64,000 nucleotides of DNA from Octopus sinensis (Eukaryota). Positions within the stretch are counted from its first letter, which is position 1. Each line of letters begins with the position of its first letter. The stretch is from the NCBI RefSeq assembly GCF_006345805.1, contig NC_042997.1, positions 4,340,001 through 4,404,000 on the forward strand. The letters are read 5' to 3'. The position numbers and the translations under genes were made by a program. Shown one piece after another: positions 52,068 to 64,000 of this stretch. The notes beneath the pieces are model-generated. The model was not told the origin of the DNA, did not search any database, and saw nothing but the letters and a program-made list of their open reading frames with translations.

Positions 52068-53632
52068 CCCAAGTAGAGTGCCCGCAGAGGACGTTCACCA
52101 CTTATTGATACCAGGCGTCATCCGCGTTACTGCGCTTTCGTCGCTGGATCTACTTCAGAATTCCAAGGTGCCCATTGGGTATATTTTAAATTATTGCTAC
52201 GGGAGATAGGGTGTTACTAGAAGCTTTATTTAGCACAACCAAAATTTCGGCTCCGTTCTGGACTGCTCCCTGGTGGTTGTGGAAAGATGTAATAATATCA
52301 GGTGCATTGCACAGTGCAGAAAACGTCATCAGGACATTTAACATGTTTCAAAATTATAAGATTTAAATTACGTTTTGGCTCCTAGTTACATTCTGTTGGT
52401 GTGTTGCAAATAGTTCACACACATTGCCGAAGTGGGGAAAGTAGTGTTCAGAAAGTAGTTGATAACAAAAATTATAAAGAATCTAATGTAAATGTGGTGG
52501 GGTTATATTTGTGGTCAGGAAGTGGTTGATAATAAATTAAAAATACATTAACGTCTTGTCTAATCAAATATAAAAATACATTAACATCATGTCTAACCAT
52601 CCACCTTCCATTATACGGGGCTTATACGTTATATTTAGACTAAGGTATACAAATTGTCTGTCAACGAGGAATTATTCAATCTTCATACACCCTATTACAA
52701 TGAGGATCTAGCTTGGGCCGGATACCGAGATCGGATTAAATTCATATACTAAAACAACATACGTATAAATCACCACACACCACCAACAACGATACCCAAA
52801 CATTTAGAACGCACGCTAACGGAAATTACATTAACCCCATGTCTAACCGAAAATTTTAAAAAATACATTGTTCAAGCCCTTGTCTAGTTACCTGTTGTTG
52901 ATTCGTTGCATATGTTACTCCAAGTTAGAGGAGGTTGCGTATGACACCTTCACGTTATGCCTGTTAAATATGGAGTGGTAATTCTGATTTCGTGAAATAC
53001 CTGTCCGATACAGCAAATTACTCTCTAGCGATCTTCGGAGAAACATTCCATGCGTGGATCACGTTATACCATAGTACGGTGTGGTTTTTGCATTTGTTGA
53101 TGTGTTTATTAGTCCTAAAGCATTTTGCTCTGCACTAGAATGATTTACTATCTCGTTACCTATCTACATAAGTAAGCGAGTCAACCACGGCAGGCAAAAA
53201 TTCAAAAAGTTCGTACGAGGGGTCAAGTTGATTGCATTGACTTCAGAGTTCAACTGGTGCTTATTTTATTAACTCCGAACTATGAAAGACAAATTTGACT
53301 GCGATGAAACAAGAAGTCACAATGAAAAGACAAAAGAAATACGGCAGGACCTCATGCCAATTTCACCAAATTAATATTATTCACAATAATATTAACACTA
53401 ATAATTCCTAACTATACCAATAGAACTGCCTTCTCACTAGATCATTAAACACGCGGCCGTTTTATTTTCTCTTTCCTCCAAAAATTTCTGATTTTTGAGC
53501 TGTTGTCACAAGCCATGTACGTCAGAGAATACATTTATTTTCTGTAGAACACCAATCTATTCTGCACTTGTTTACAACATTTTCTCACATTACATTATTA
53601 GAAATGTTCTGACAATGCTATGATAAGACTGT

Positions 53633-53712
<80 letters not shown>

Positions 53713-54009
53713 CAAGGGTGAGTATGTGTAGGTATTTTCTGAATCACTTGTGTCCTATATATATTTTCTTATATATTTCTTGTTATGAAAGAGTAGAATT
53801 CAAAATCTGAAGAATCATTCCCTTCTATGTAAATGTTAATCGAATTCAAATCTCTGAATGCATATCTCCTCACCGAAGGTGATATCTGTCTTGTTGTGTG
53901 CATTGTTTACATAATGTAACCCCACATACATACATATTTACATAAATAATACATGCATGCATAAATACATACATATACATATACAAATATGCGTACAAAC
54001 CGACATTAG

Positions 54010-54043
<34 letters not shown>

Positions 54044-54651
54044 TCAAGTATGTATATATACATATATATGTATATATATACACACACTCACACGCACATT
54101 CATACATACATGCACACATATATACATACATATATACATACATACATGGTGGCGAGTATGGGCATTGTACGAAGCTTAATCAATGTTGTTATCGTGCAAT
54201 GCTTGTGCAAGAAGATTTTTTTAAAGTCAATCACACTCACTAAGCAACAGCAGCCATAATCCGAAAAGGAGTCCTTCAGTCCCAATGGTTTAACCGCGCG
54301 ATCGGGTATTTCTATGTCCCCGCGCATGATACAGCCTTAATACATTTATTTGATGGCCGTTGACTATCAAGAGTTCCTCCGCCCTTTGACGGGTTTTGTT
54401 TTTCCTCCCGCAGGGTGTCCAATAAACACCCTCCTCACCAAGCAAGCTTGGTGGGGTTGCTGGTTTAGTCGCGAACGACCCGAGCATGCAACAGGTTGTA
54501 CTGTGTTACATGTTACCAGGAGCACTCGAAAGTGACCATACATACATACATACATACATACATACATACATACATACATACATACATACATACATACATA
54601 CATACATACACACATGCATGCATGCCTGCATACATACATACTTATATGCAT

Positions 54652-54975
54652 TGCGGAGACGCGTGACTCAGTAGTTAGAGCATTCGGTTCACGATGGTGA
54701 GGTCGTGAGTTCAATTCCCGGCGACGCGTTGTGTCCTTGAGCAAGACACTTTATTTCACGTTGCTCAAGTTCACTCAGCTGGTAAAAATGAATAGTACCA
54801 GTATTTCAAAGGGCTAGCCTTGTCATCTTCTGCGTCACGCTGAATCTCCCTGAGAACTACGTTAATGGTACACGTGTCTGTGGAATGCTCAGCCACTTGT
54901 ACGTTAATTTCACGAGGAAGCTGTTCTGTTCATCGTAACAGCTAGGTCTCTCGTCCATGTAACAGACAGGGTGCT
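54652..54975 (+). mobile_element. Near full-length tRNA-derived SINE with GTGTCCTTGAGCAAGACACTT central domain
   Basis: A box TGACTCAGTAGTTAG, B box GAGTTCAATTCC, and the conserved SINE-body motif GTGTCCTTGAGCAAGACACTT (V/Meta-type core). Confidence 0.85.
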
Positions 54976-55006
54976 ACTATATGCATACAAACAGACAGAC
55001 AGACAG

Positions 55007-55086
<80 letters not shown>

Positions 55087-55104
55087 TTTTATTCTTTAAA
55101 TATT

Positions 55105-55610
55105 TTACTTGTTTCAGTCATGTGAATGAGACCATTCTGGAGCACTGCCTTTAGTCAAATAAATTGTCCCCAGTATTTATTCTTAGTAAGCCTAATACTT
55201 ATTCTATCGGGCTTTTATGACGGACCGCTAACTTACGGGGATATAGTCACACAAGAATCGATTGTCAAGCGATGGTGTGGTGACACAGATAAAAACACAT
55301 TCACACAAACACGCACACACACCCACACACACACATATACATATATATTTTTATATATATATATATAAATAAAGAAACAATTTTAGCCGAATGAATGAAG
55401 ACCAGAAAGTTTCTTAAGGCTAGTACTTATTCTGTGTGGTTTTTGTGCCGCACCGATTGCTTACGGGGAGGTAAATGTCACAACCAGTTGTCCACCGGTG
55501 GTGCTGGACACACACTCACACACGCACACACACATACATGGTGGAAGATGCCATGCAGTGGAACTCAACACGGAACAATGTGGATGAGAAGCAAGCTTCT
55601 TACCACACAC
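55105..55610 (-). mobile_element. Cluster of SINE fragments (two 3' bodies plus a tRNA head)
   Basis: TTGTTTCAGTCA..TGGAGCAC.GCCTTTAGTC..TAGTACTTATTCT..TTACGGGG occurs at ~55110-55290 and ~55405-55510; head GTGTGGTAAGAAGCTTGCTTC..GAGTTCCACTGCATGGCA at 55610-55545. Confidence 0.7.
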
Positions 55611-55668
55611 TCACCCCTGATCTAAAATAAGTGTGCGTGTATGTATGTGCGTGTGTCTGTCTGTTTCA

Positions 55669-55713
<45 letters not shown>

Positions 55714-57285
55714 GAAGGAGTTACAACAGTTGATAGGCATCTATGTGAAGTGATTTTCAACAGCAGACGAAAACATCTTGACTGCTTTCTCTTTGTGAGC
55801 TGTAATAAATATATTTATCGGATAAACACACAAATTGAAATGTATATGTTAAGTGGTAATTTGATGAATGACGTGTGTGAGATTACTGAATTATTTAAAA
55901 TTTCACAATCAATTACAATTTCTCTCTTAGCAGAAGAAAGATGAAAATTTCATAGATGTAATTATTACAGTGAGGTGAAAAAAAAAAGATTATTTGAATG
56001 AGACATCAATTCACCCCACTACTTAAGCTTATTTAAATTAATGACATTGGTGAAAAGATAAGTCTGTTTCACTTTGCACATTTTCTTGTTTCAATTATGG
56101 AAGTATATTGACCTACTTTTCGCCTAAGTCGTTTCTTAAACATGAAAAATGAGATACGTCACTATTCAGTACTAGAAAAAAATGATATTGTGTATGCTTT
56201 ACTCATGATGCCTAATAATATGAAGCATTTCTAAAAACTGACATCTCTGTAGTGAAAATATTTTTCTCCTTGCATTTTACATTTATTTCGTTTATTAGAA
56301 AATTATACTACTTATAATATTCTTCACTTATTTAGCCTCAGAATATTACACCTGTTCAATTTATTCTTCTTCCTGCTATTAATTGAGATATCTCATCTTT
56401 TTGCATCACATGTTTACTTATACAAGTCCTTGATATTGGAATCACTTGAGTTATTCGATGTGTCTTATACTTCGTTTAGTGTTTATATTTGACATCAGTA
56501 TAAAAAGAACATCGATTTCTAATGAAGAAAAAACATGTAAATAGACTTGCTTGCCTCCCCGAACATTGCAATTTCTTGGGAGTTGCACATCTGTACAGGG
56601 TGCAGTTTTATTTCATTTCAAATAAGTTATGTCCTTTTATATGCTTCTCAGAACTGGGCATTTGTGATAAATCGATGATTCGTTCAAAGATGAACATCCT
56701 CAAGAATATCTCCTTTATCGGCAACAGTAGATACATAGTTTCGTTCACACTCGAGCAAAGAAGAAATCTTTTTCTAGGGATATGATCACTTGCAAGTATA
56801 GCATCTGCTTAAAGATGCATATCTATCTAACGTATATTTGTTTGTATATATGTCAGCTTTTATTGTATTTCTTCCTATCAGTATAGCTATCTGTTATATG
56901 TGTATATATCTATATATAATGTGCATGCACACAAACACACACACACACACATACACACACACACATATTCATGTGCGAATGTGTGTATGTATCAACGTGT
57001 GTTTACATATATGTTAGTATATATTTCCGTGAAGCAGATTATTATCGCGTTAGCATGATTGACGAAATACGGTGTAGTTTGTAATGTTTATATATTTATT
57101 GCATTTCTTCGTTTTAAAGGATATCTTGCATTACTTTTGGGACAATATTTTTTATATAGATAAACAATTCTCTTCTGCACGCATACAACTACATTAATAT
57201 CGTGTAATTTTTCTTCGCCCCGTGCCTAAATTTAAAACAATTATTGAAATATAATATAAAGCAACTAGCTGATGCACTCAATTAC

Positions 57286-57490
57286 AGCGGGCAGAATGCT
57301 TAGCAGCATTTTTTTCTGTCTTTACATCGTGAGTTTAAATTCACCGAGGTCAATTTGACATTCAGGATTCCTTGGTCGATAAAATGACTAACAGCTTAGC
57401 AGTATGGTCGATATAATCGACTAACCATCTCCTAACAAAAGTATATATATATATGCTACAGGATAAGTGCCTATAGAAGAAAGGATTATT
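57286..57490 (+). mobile_element. tRNA-derived SINE (family A), decayed
   Basis: GGGCAGAATGCTTAGCAGCATTT..GAGTTTAAATTCACCGAGGTCAA..GGTCGATAAAAT..GGTCGATATAATCGACT. Confidence 0.75.
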
Positions 57491-57569
57491 ACTGAAATCT
57501 TTGTATTACTAAGTGCAATAGATGTTGTTTATGGTAATATTCAGTTGCTTTAACTTTCGTCACTTAATT

Positions 57570-58571
57570 TCCCTTGACATAACTTCTAGAATATTAGATG
57601 AGTTAGTTGAAGGAGGAAGAGGTACAGAAGATAAGTGGAAGTATCTATGGTACAATTTGCTGAGAGCCGCAGACCAAATTTGTGGCTGGTACAAGTCACA
57701 ACCCGGTCTAGGGTGACGTGGTGGTGGAACAGGATATTTGACAGGGTCATTAGAGGAAAGAAAACACCTTGGAAGAAATGGAAATGCGGTGGTAGAATGG
57801 AGTTATATCAGGCAGCTAGAAGGAAAGTAGGAAGCAATTATACTTAGCTAAGGGTGAAATAAAAAAAGGAAGGGGGTTGCCAATGTCTTAAAGCGTTGGG
57901 ACTAAAGGCTTGAAGTGCTTAGGCTTGCAAGGCAGTGCCAGGGAATATTGTGTTTTGGGAGAGAAGTATGTTCGCATGGTTGATGGTCCACTTGCAGTTA
58001 CTGACACTGCAAAGACAAAGACGCTTGGAAGTGTCTCTATGAAAGGCTACTAAATGTAGAGAATGCATGGGGGAAGAGAGTCTGACTAAAGTGGATCCGA
58101 CCTGTGGACCAGCGATCCCGATTCCAATACGCAGTAGAATGGCAGATAAAGCCATGAAGATCAGGAAATCCGTTGGTCCATCAGGAATCATTTCAGAGAT
58201 TCATAAAAAAGTTGATGGTGGGGGTATGATCTACTTACCCTAATAGAAAATCAGGTTCTACATGAAGGCGTCATACTTATGTAGCAGCAGCATAGTCAAC
58301 TGGTACAAAGGTAACATTGGTGCCTGAGACAGAAAAAAATTACAGAGCTATCATACTGTTAGATAAGGTGATAAACGTTTTAGAGAGGATCATAGCCCAA
58401 CTAAATGGGACGAGAGGTAGTCTAGATGAGATGCAGTTTGGTTTTGAGCCAGAGAGAAGCACAAGTGATGCTATACTTCTGGTAAGAAAATTGCAGGAGG
58501 AGTACCTAAACAAATATAAACCTTTGTACTTGGTTTTTGTTGACATGGATAAAACCCTGATTGATCCGTAG
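57570..58571 (+). mobile_element. RTE-clade LINE fragment (EN-RT linker plus RT N-terminus)
   Basis: VTWWWN, YERLLNVENAW, KSVGPSGIISE, NYRAIILLDKVINVLERII..LDEMQFGFEPERSTSDAILLVRKLQEEYLNKYKPLYLVFVDMDK. Confidence 0.92.
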
Positions 58572-58744
58572 ACTAATAGTAATTAGAGACTCCATAAGCT
58601 GTACCCAGTGTAAGCTATGGACTTATATAGGAAGTGCAGCAATATCAGAGGAAGATGAACAGGGAAAATAAAGTTTGCACGTGGAAGGTGGTCAGGTATA
58701 ATAAACACCACAAATGTACAGAAACTATACTCCATCATATTATT

Positions 58745-59144
58745 ATGCATATTATTATTATTATTGTTCAGCTCACTGATTGGAATCGAACTCGGAGTCA
58801 GCGGGTTAGTAGCCCGCGCTCTTAACCACTACGCATTAAGCCCCTTGGTATATGGCGTAGTGGTTAAGATTACGGGCTACTAACGCCAAGATTCCGAGTT
58901 CGATTCCAAGCAGTGAGCTTAACAATAATAATGATGAGGATAATAATAATAACAATAATAACAACAACAACATCGAAAATACCTTAGGAATGAGAACCCA
59001 GGTTCGAAATTTCCCCAAGACACCCGAAGAAGGCTGGAAGGTATATCTGCTGAAGCGTTGTGTTAACATACAAACAAGATAAGGACAAATATCCGTTGAA
59101 TCTAAATAATGTACGTAATTCCTCATCTCTTAAATATAGAACTG
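58745..59144. mobile_element. Palindromic tRNA-head / hammerhead element (family 1), both heads present
   Basis: Head(-) 58769-58835 and head(+) 58853-58920 are inverted copies, each with TGCGTAGTGG/TGGCGTAGTGG (A box) and GAGTTCGATTCC (B box). They are followed by (AAT/AAC)n and a tail(+) with a mutated hammerhead at 59019-59064. Confidence 0.88.
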
Positions 59145-59271
59145 TTTCAATTTAAAGTTACCAGAATCTAAGTTTGAACTATTCGTGCGCTATTTGAACT
59201 ATCGGATCTTGTCTATTCACTGTGTTTGTGCGCGCGCTTGTGCCTCTGTGTGTGTGTGTGTGTATGTGTGT

Positions 59272-59370
<99 letters not shown>

Positions 59371-60109
59371 TACGCGTGCGCGCGCCTGTAGTTTCACACA
59401 AATAGGAAAAACAATCTGGTAAAATTATAATTTTGAACTTAATTAAAATTACCGAAATCAAATTCATATATATCAGGGTAAGATGAATACAATGGGAACA
59501 AATTGTACTGATATTCTATTAAAAGAAATTTAAAATAATATGGAGAGATAACTTTTTTGAAAGAAAGAAAAACGGCAAGGGAATGGACAAATGCTTTCTA
59601 GAAAGTAGTGTAGTTCATATCGATATGATAGTGCATTTTCATTATGTATTTTTTTTTAAAGTCAGCTTAATCAAATACTTTTTTATGCTGTCGGATAAAA
59701 TCAATTTGGGGCGGGATTAAGAGAATGTTATAACTTTGACCTTAATTTTAATAGTTTCATAATTTGTTACTTGGAAAGGAGTCGTACATTAAATCATAGC
59801 TTGCTGCGGTGAACGCATTTGATGCTGTCTTGTCTTTATGGCGTGTAATACGATTGGCTGGCCCACGTAGTTCAGAAATGTTGGTCATCTATCTCAATAA
59901 TTATTCGAAGTGTTAATGCAGAGTCTCTACGCATTATCAGAGGAATTTCCATCTCAGTGTATATATGGAGTCATTTCTAATATGCTTCTAAACATTAGGA
60001 CAGTAAATCACAGATTTGTAGACCTGTTAGCGGCAAACAAACATTTTAACACTTAATAGTGTTACATACATAGTGTTTGTTTGAGATACTTCTATTATTT
60101 TCATTAAAA

Positions 60110-60340
60110 GGCGAGGAGAAGGTGGCGAGCTAGCAGAGTCGTTACCACGCTGGACGAACTGATTGGCGGAGTTTCACCCGTCGCTTCGTTCTGAGTTCAA
60201 ATTCCGACGAGATCGATTTTGCCTTTTATTTTTTCGTGGTCGATAAATTAAGGATCAGTGAAACACTGGGGTCAATATAATCAACTGGTCTCTCCCCTCA
60301 AATTTCAGGAGTAGTGCCTATAGTAGAAAATATTATTATC
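60110..60340 (+). mobile_element. tRNA-derived SINE (family A), near full length
   Basis: GGTGGCGAGCTAGCAGAGTCGTTA..CTGAGTTCAAATTCC..GGTCGATAAATTAAG..CACTGGGGTCAATATAATC..GTGCCTATAGTAGAAA. Confidence 0.9.
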
Positions 60341-60434
60341 AGTAAAACAGGTTTTGAGTGAAATTCATTCATTTCAGTAGGTTACATGTGTTTGTGATTC
60401 CGGTGTGAGGTAAAATATATGATTTTGCAGAAAA

Positions 60435-60642
60435 GTTGACTTCTTATAATAGACACAATGCCAGAAAATTTGGGGGAGAGGTTAAGTTCATTAAATTGAT
60501 ACCAGTATTCAATTCTTATCTATTTTAATGACTATGAAACGGAAAGTCGACCTTGGCGGCATTTGCACTCAGATCGTAAAATCGGACGAGATGCAACAAA
60601 GAATTTTCTGTTATTCGGAAACGATTCTGCCAGCTCGCCACC
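60435..60642 (-). mobile_element. tRNA-derived SINE (family A), inverted relative to the neighbouring copy
   Basis: Minus strand starts GGTGGCGAGCTGGCAGAATCGTT..GAGTGCAAATGCCGCCAAGGTCGACTTT. Confidence 0.8.
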
Positions 60643-61239
60643 TCATGATTTAACAGAAAGTTTCTAAAACGAGCTATTTTATCAATGCATTGAGTTCTAC
60701 TTATCGATAATTTTTACGCATTTTATGTTCGTAAAGCTACTGCTTTATATGTCACAATTACAACCGTATATTCTTCTAAAGATTATAACGTTATCCATGT
60801 ATTTATATTTTAAAATAGATTGAGGAATTCCGTGATTACCTGGTTAGAATTTTAGTTATGCAAAACTGTTTATCATTCAGCACATGCAAATAGTGCATTT
60901 GTATTCACTTAGACTTAGTGGCATAGAATTTTGTTTTATTACAATGGTAGACGAATCAGCCAATCATACATAAGTATACCCACATCTATCACGCGTATGC
61001 TAGCGCATCGTCTACCATGATATGGAGAATATGTAATTAGCCATGAAGACATATGATTTTTTAAACTTACATCAAACCACATTACAACATTTGTTTCAAG
61101 CGCTGTCACGATACACACAAGCACACCCGCACAAACACACACACACAAACACACACACACACACGCACGCACACACGCACTTATATATGATAGAGTGAGA
61201 GAGAGAGAGAGAGAAGTCAGGCATACATACAGAAAGACA

Positions 61240-61415
<176 letters not shown>

Positions 61416-61518
61416 GGTGGATTGATTTTTGGATGAAAAGAACGATATATATAGATATACATAGAAAGAATACATATTTATTAGAAATACATGCATACCT
61501 TCATATATATATATATAT

Positions 61519-61587
<69 letters not shown>

Positions 61588-61644
61588 CGTGTGTGTGTGT
61601 GAGAGAGAGAGAGTGTGAGAGTGCATGCGTATATTTGTGTGTTT

Positions 61645-61948
61645 GAGGCGCAAGGGCCCAGTGGTTAGGGCAGTGTACTCGCGTTGTAGGATCGCGGTTT
61701 CGATTCCAGACCGGGTGTTGTGAGTGTTTATTTAGCAAAAACACCTAAAGCTACACGAGGCCCCGGCAGGAGGTGGTGGCGATCCCTGCTGTACTCTTTC
61801 GCCATAAATTTCTTTCAATCTTCTGTTGGCATGCTTGTTTAGCCAGCGGAGTGACGTCATTTGAAGGCTAAACCAATGCGAAGCGCATTGTGACCAGCGA
61901 TATGTAGCAACATCAGATAGCCTGGTCGGTCACGGTGATCACGGTGAT
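61645..61948 (+). mobile_element. tRNA-derived SINE (family E)
   Basis: A-box-like GGCCCAGTGGTTAG, B-box-like GGTTTCGATTCC, unique body, tail with repeated CACGGTGAT. Confidence 0.75.
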
Positions 61949-61972
61949 ATATATATATATATTATATATATA

Positions 61973-62029
<57 letters not shown>

Positions 62030-62043
<14 letters not shown>

Positions 62044-63447
62044 AAAACTCTAGTTGTGTGAGTGTCTGTCCCCTTCGATTTAGATTCCTAACTCCTCCCA
62101 CATTTTGCGGTGCAGTTTAACCAAATTCGGGTATCTTATAGTCGTGATTGATATCGAGCCCGTCTGACTATTAGCGCGCGTCATCAATGAGTCTACGATT
62201 TTAAAAATAATTTAACATCATTTTTTATTCCATCTTAATGCATAAAATGCATCGTGTGTCGATGGCGGCGGAGTTGGCGTCCACGCTCACAGCTGCACCT
62301 GTTTGCTTCTCCTCCTTCCCTCCCTCGTGAAGCTGTGGGGAAGGGAGTGTAAAGAAATCAACGTCGTAATGCGTTGTGAAGGAGACCAGCGTTCTTTTAG
62401 AACAACAACTTCATGGCTTGAATACACCAAAACAAAAATGGCTAAGAAAGCCCGAATTTATAAGGGAAGTAACTCTCTAAAAATGCTTATATAGTTATTT
62501 CCCTTACAAACCCGAGCAACGCCGGGCGATACTGCTAGTATATATATAAATGTGAAGTTGTGTGAGTGTCTGTCTCCTACGATTTAGATTCCTAACTACT
62601 CCCAAATGTTGCGGTGCAGTTTAACCAAATTCGGGTATCTTATAGTCATGATTCATATCGAGCCCGTCTGCGTATTAGCGCGCGTCTACGATGAGTCTAC
62701 GATTTTTAAAATAATTTACCGTACTTTTTTTCCATTTTAACGCATATTTTTTCGTGTGTCGATGGCGGCGGAGTTGCAGTCCATGCTTACACCTGCAACT
62801 GTGTTGCTTCTCCCCCTGCTTCCCTCCCTCGTGAAGCTGTGGGGAAGGGAGTGTAAGGAAATCAATGTCGTAAAGCGTTGTCAAGGAGACCAGCGTTCTT
62901 TTAGAACAACGACTTCATGGCTTGAAGTCGCCAAAACAGAAATCGCTAAAAAAGCTGAACCAGATCCACAAAAATGGCAAAAACCGCCACACAGGGCAGG
63001 TTTCCTGTGCAAACAATTTGCACAACCGAATGTTTTAGTTGTTGCACAAATCTTTATATATAAAAGTGAAGTTGTGTGTCTGCCTCCTACGATTTAGGTT
63101 CCTAACTACTCCCACATTTTGCGGTGCAGTTTAACCAAAACCGGGTATCTTATAGTCGTGATTCATATCGAGCCCTTCTGGGTATTAGCGCGCGTCTACG
63201 ATGAGTCTACAATAAAAAAAAAAAATTACCATCATTTTTTCCATTTTAATGCATTTTGTCGCTATTATATAAGGGAAGTAACTCTCTAAATATGTCTACG
63301 ATGAGTCAACGATTAAAAAAAAATTACCATCATTTTTTATTCCATTTTTAATGCATTTTTTTGCTATTTTTTTTGCTATAACTCTCTAAAAATGCTTATA
63401 TAGTTATTTCCCTTAAAAACCCGAGCAGCGCCGGGCGATGCTGCTAG
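62030..63447 (+). mobile_element. Head-to-tail array of three non-autonomous Helitron units
   Basis: Units start at ~62033, 62539 and 63051 (TCTTTATATATAAAAGTGAAG). Units 1 and 3 end CCCGAGCA(A/G)CGCCGGGCGAT(A/G)CTGCTAG (CTAG at 62535 and 63444). Shared body GATTTAG(A/G)TTCCTAACT..GCGGTGCAGTTTAACCAAA..TTAGCGCGCGTC. Confidence 0.88.
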
Positions 63448-63479
<32 letters not shown>

Positions 63480-64000
63480 ATATATATATATCAGAAACTT
63501 AAACTGGGATTGTATCCTACAGAAAATAAAGGAATTGTCGAACGCCGGTGGATTCTCACAAGAGATTAGAAACTGGGGTAATTTCCCCGAGGAGACGGAA
63601 AGATGTGTCCTGCAAATCTTTACAGGTAATCGAACCTTATACCTCTGAAATCCGGCTGAGCATTCAGCCGGAATTTGAGAGGCTGAGGGTCAGTCCTTTA
63701 TCTGTATAAAGGCTTACTCTCTTCCGTCTTGCAAGGTTATTCATCCGATATTTTGAGCTGTTATCACACCCTATATGCGTTAGATAATTCGTTATTGTCT
63801 GTAGAACAGCAATTCACTCGGCACAAAATGTTTTCCTATTCCAAAAGCTATTATTTAACATTATAAGAAGACTTTGTTACTAAACGTTTCAGTGAATCTG
63901 TACCATGATATAATATGCAAGTAAACATAAGTACACATAAAATATCTGGGACACCCTTCGGTCAAGACACTGACCATGGGATTGCACCTAGAAAGTTACC

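Noticed and set aside
58769-58920. Genuine tRNA-Ser genes
   Set aside because: A/B boxes and an anticodon-like arm are present, but the T stem and acceptor stem do not pair and there is no long variable arm. Treated as SINE-like heads (also at 36767-36840).

Overview
This is an AT-rich, microsatellite-dense eukaryotic window with (TA)n, (TG)n, (AAT)n, (TAG)n, (CTT)n and (GATA)n tracts. The repeat landscape resembles an octopus/coleoid cephalopod genome (inference, not verified). I cannot support any intact host protein-coding gene, rRNA, genuine tRNA or CRISPR array, and most ORFs in the track are microsatellite artefacts. The window looks intronic or intergenic and is dominated by decayed mobile elements. 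These include at least three Penelope-like (PLE, RT + GIY-YIG) lineages, two mariner and two Tc1 relics, a Tigger/pogo transposase, an RTE-type LINE fragment, non-autonomous Helitrons (one a head-to-tail trimer), a ~530-bp fold-back element and several tRNA-derived SINE families. The most striking observation is a small repeat in five partial copies that combines a tRNA-like Pol III head with a PLE-type minimal type-I hammerhead ribozyme cassette. Two copies (36.6-37.1 kb and 58.7-59.1 kb) together reconstruct a palindromic, back-to-back tRNA-head/hammerhead element. A second, unrelated hammerhead-bearing repeat family and further degenerate hammerheads are also present. All protein and RNA family assignments are by eye; no database searches were run.
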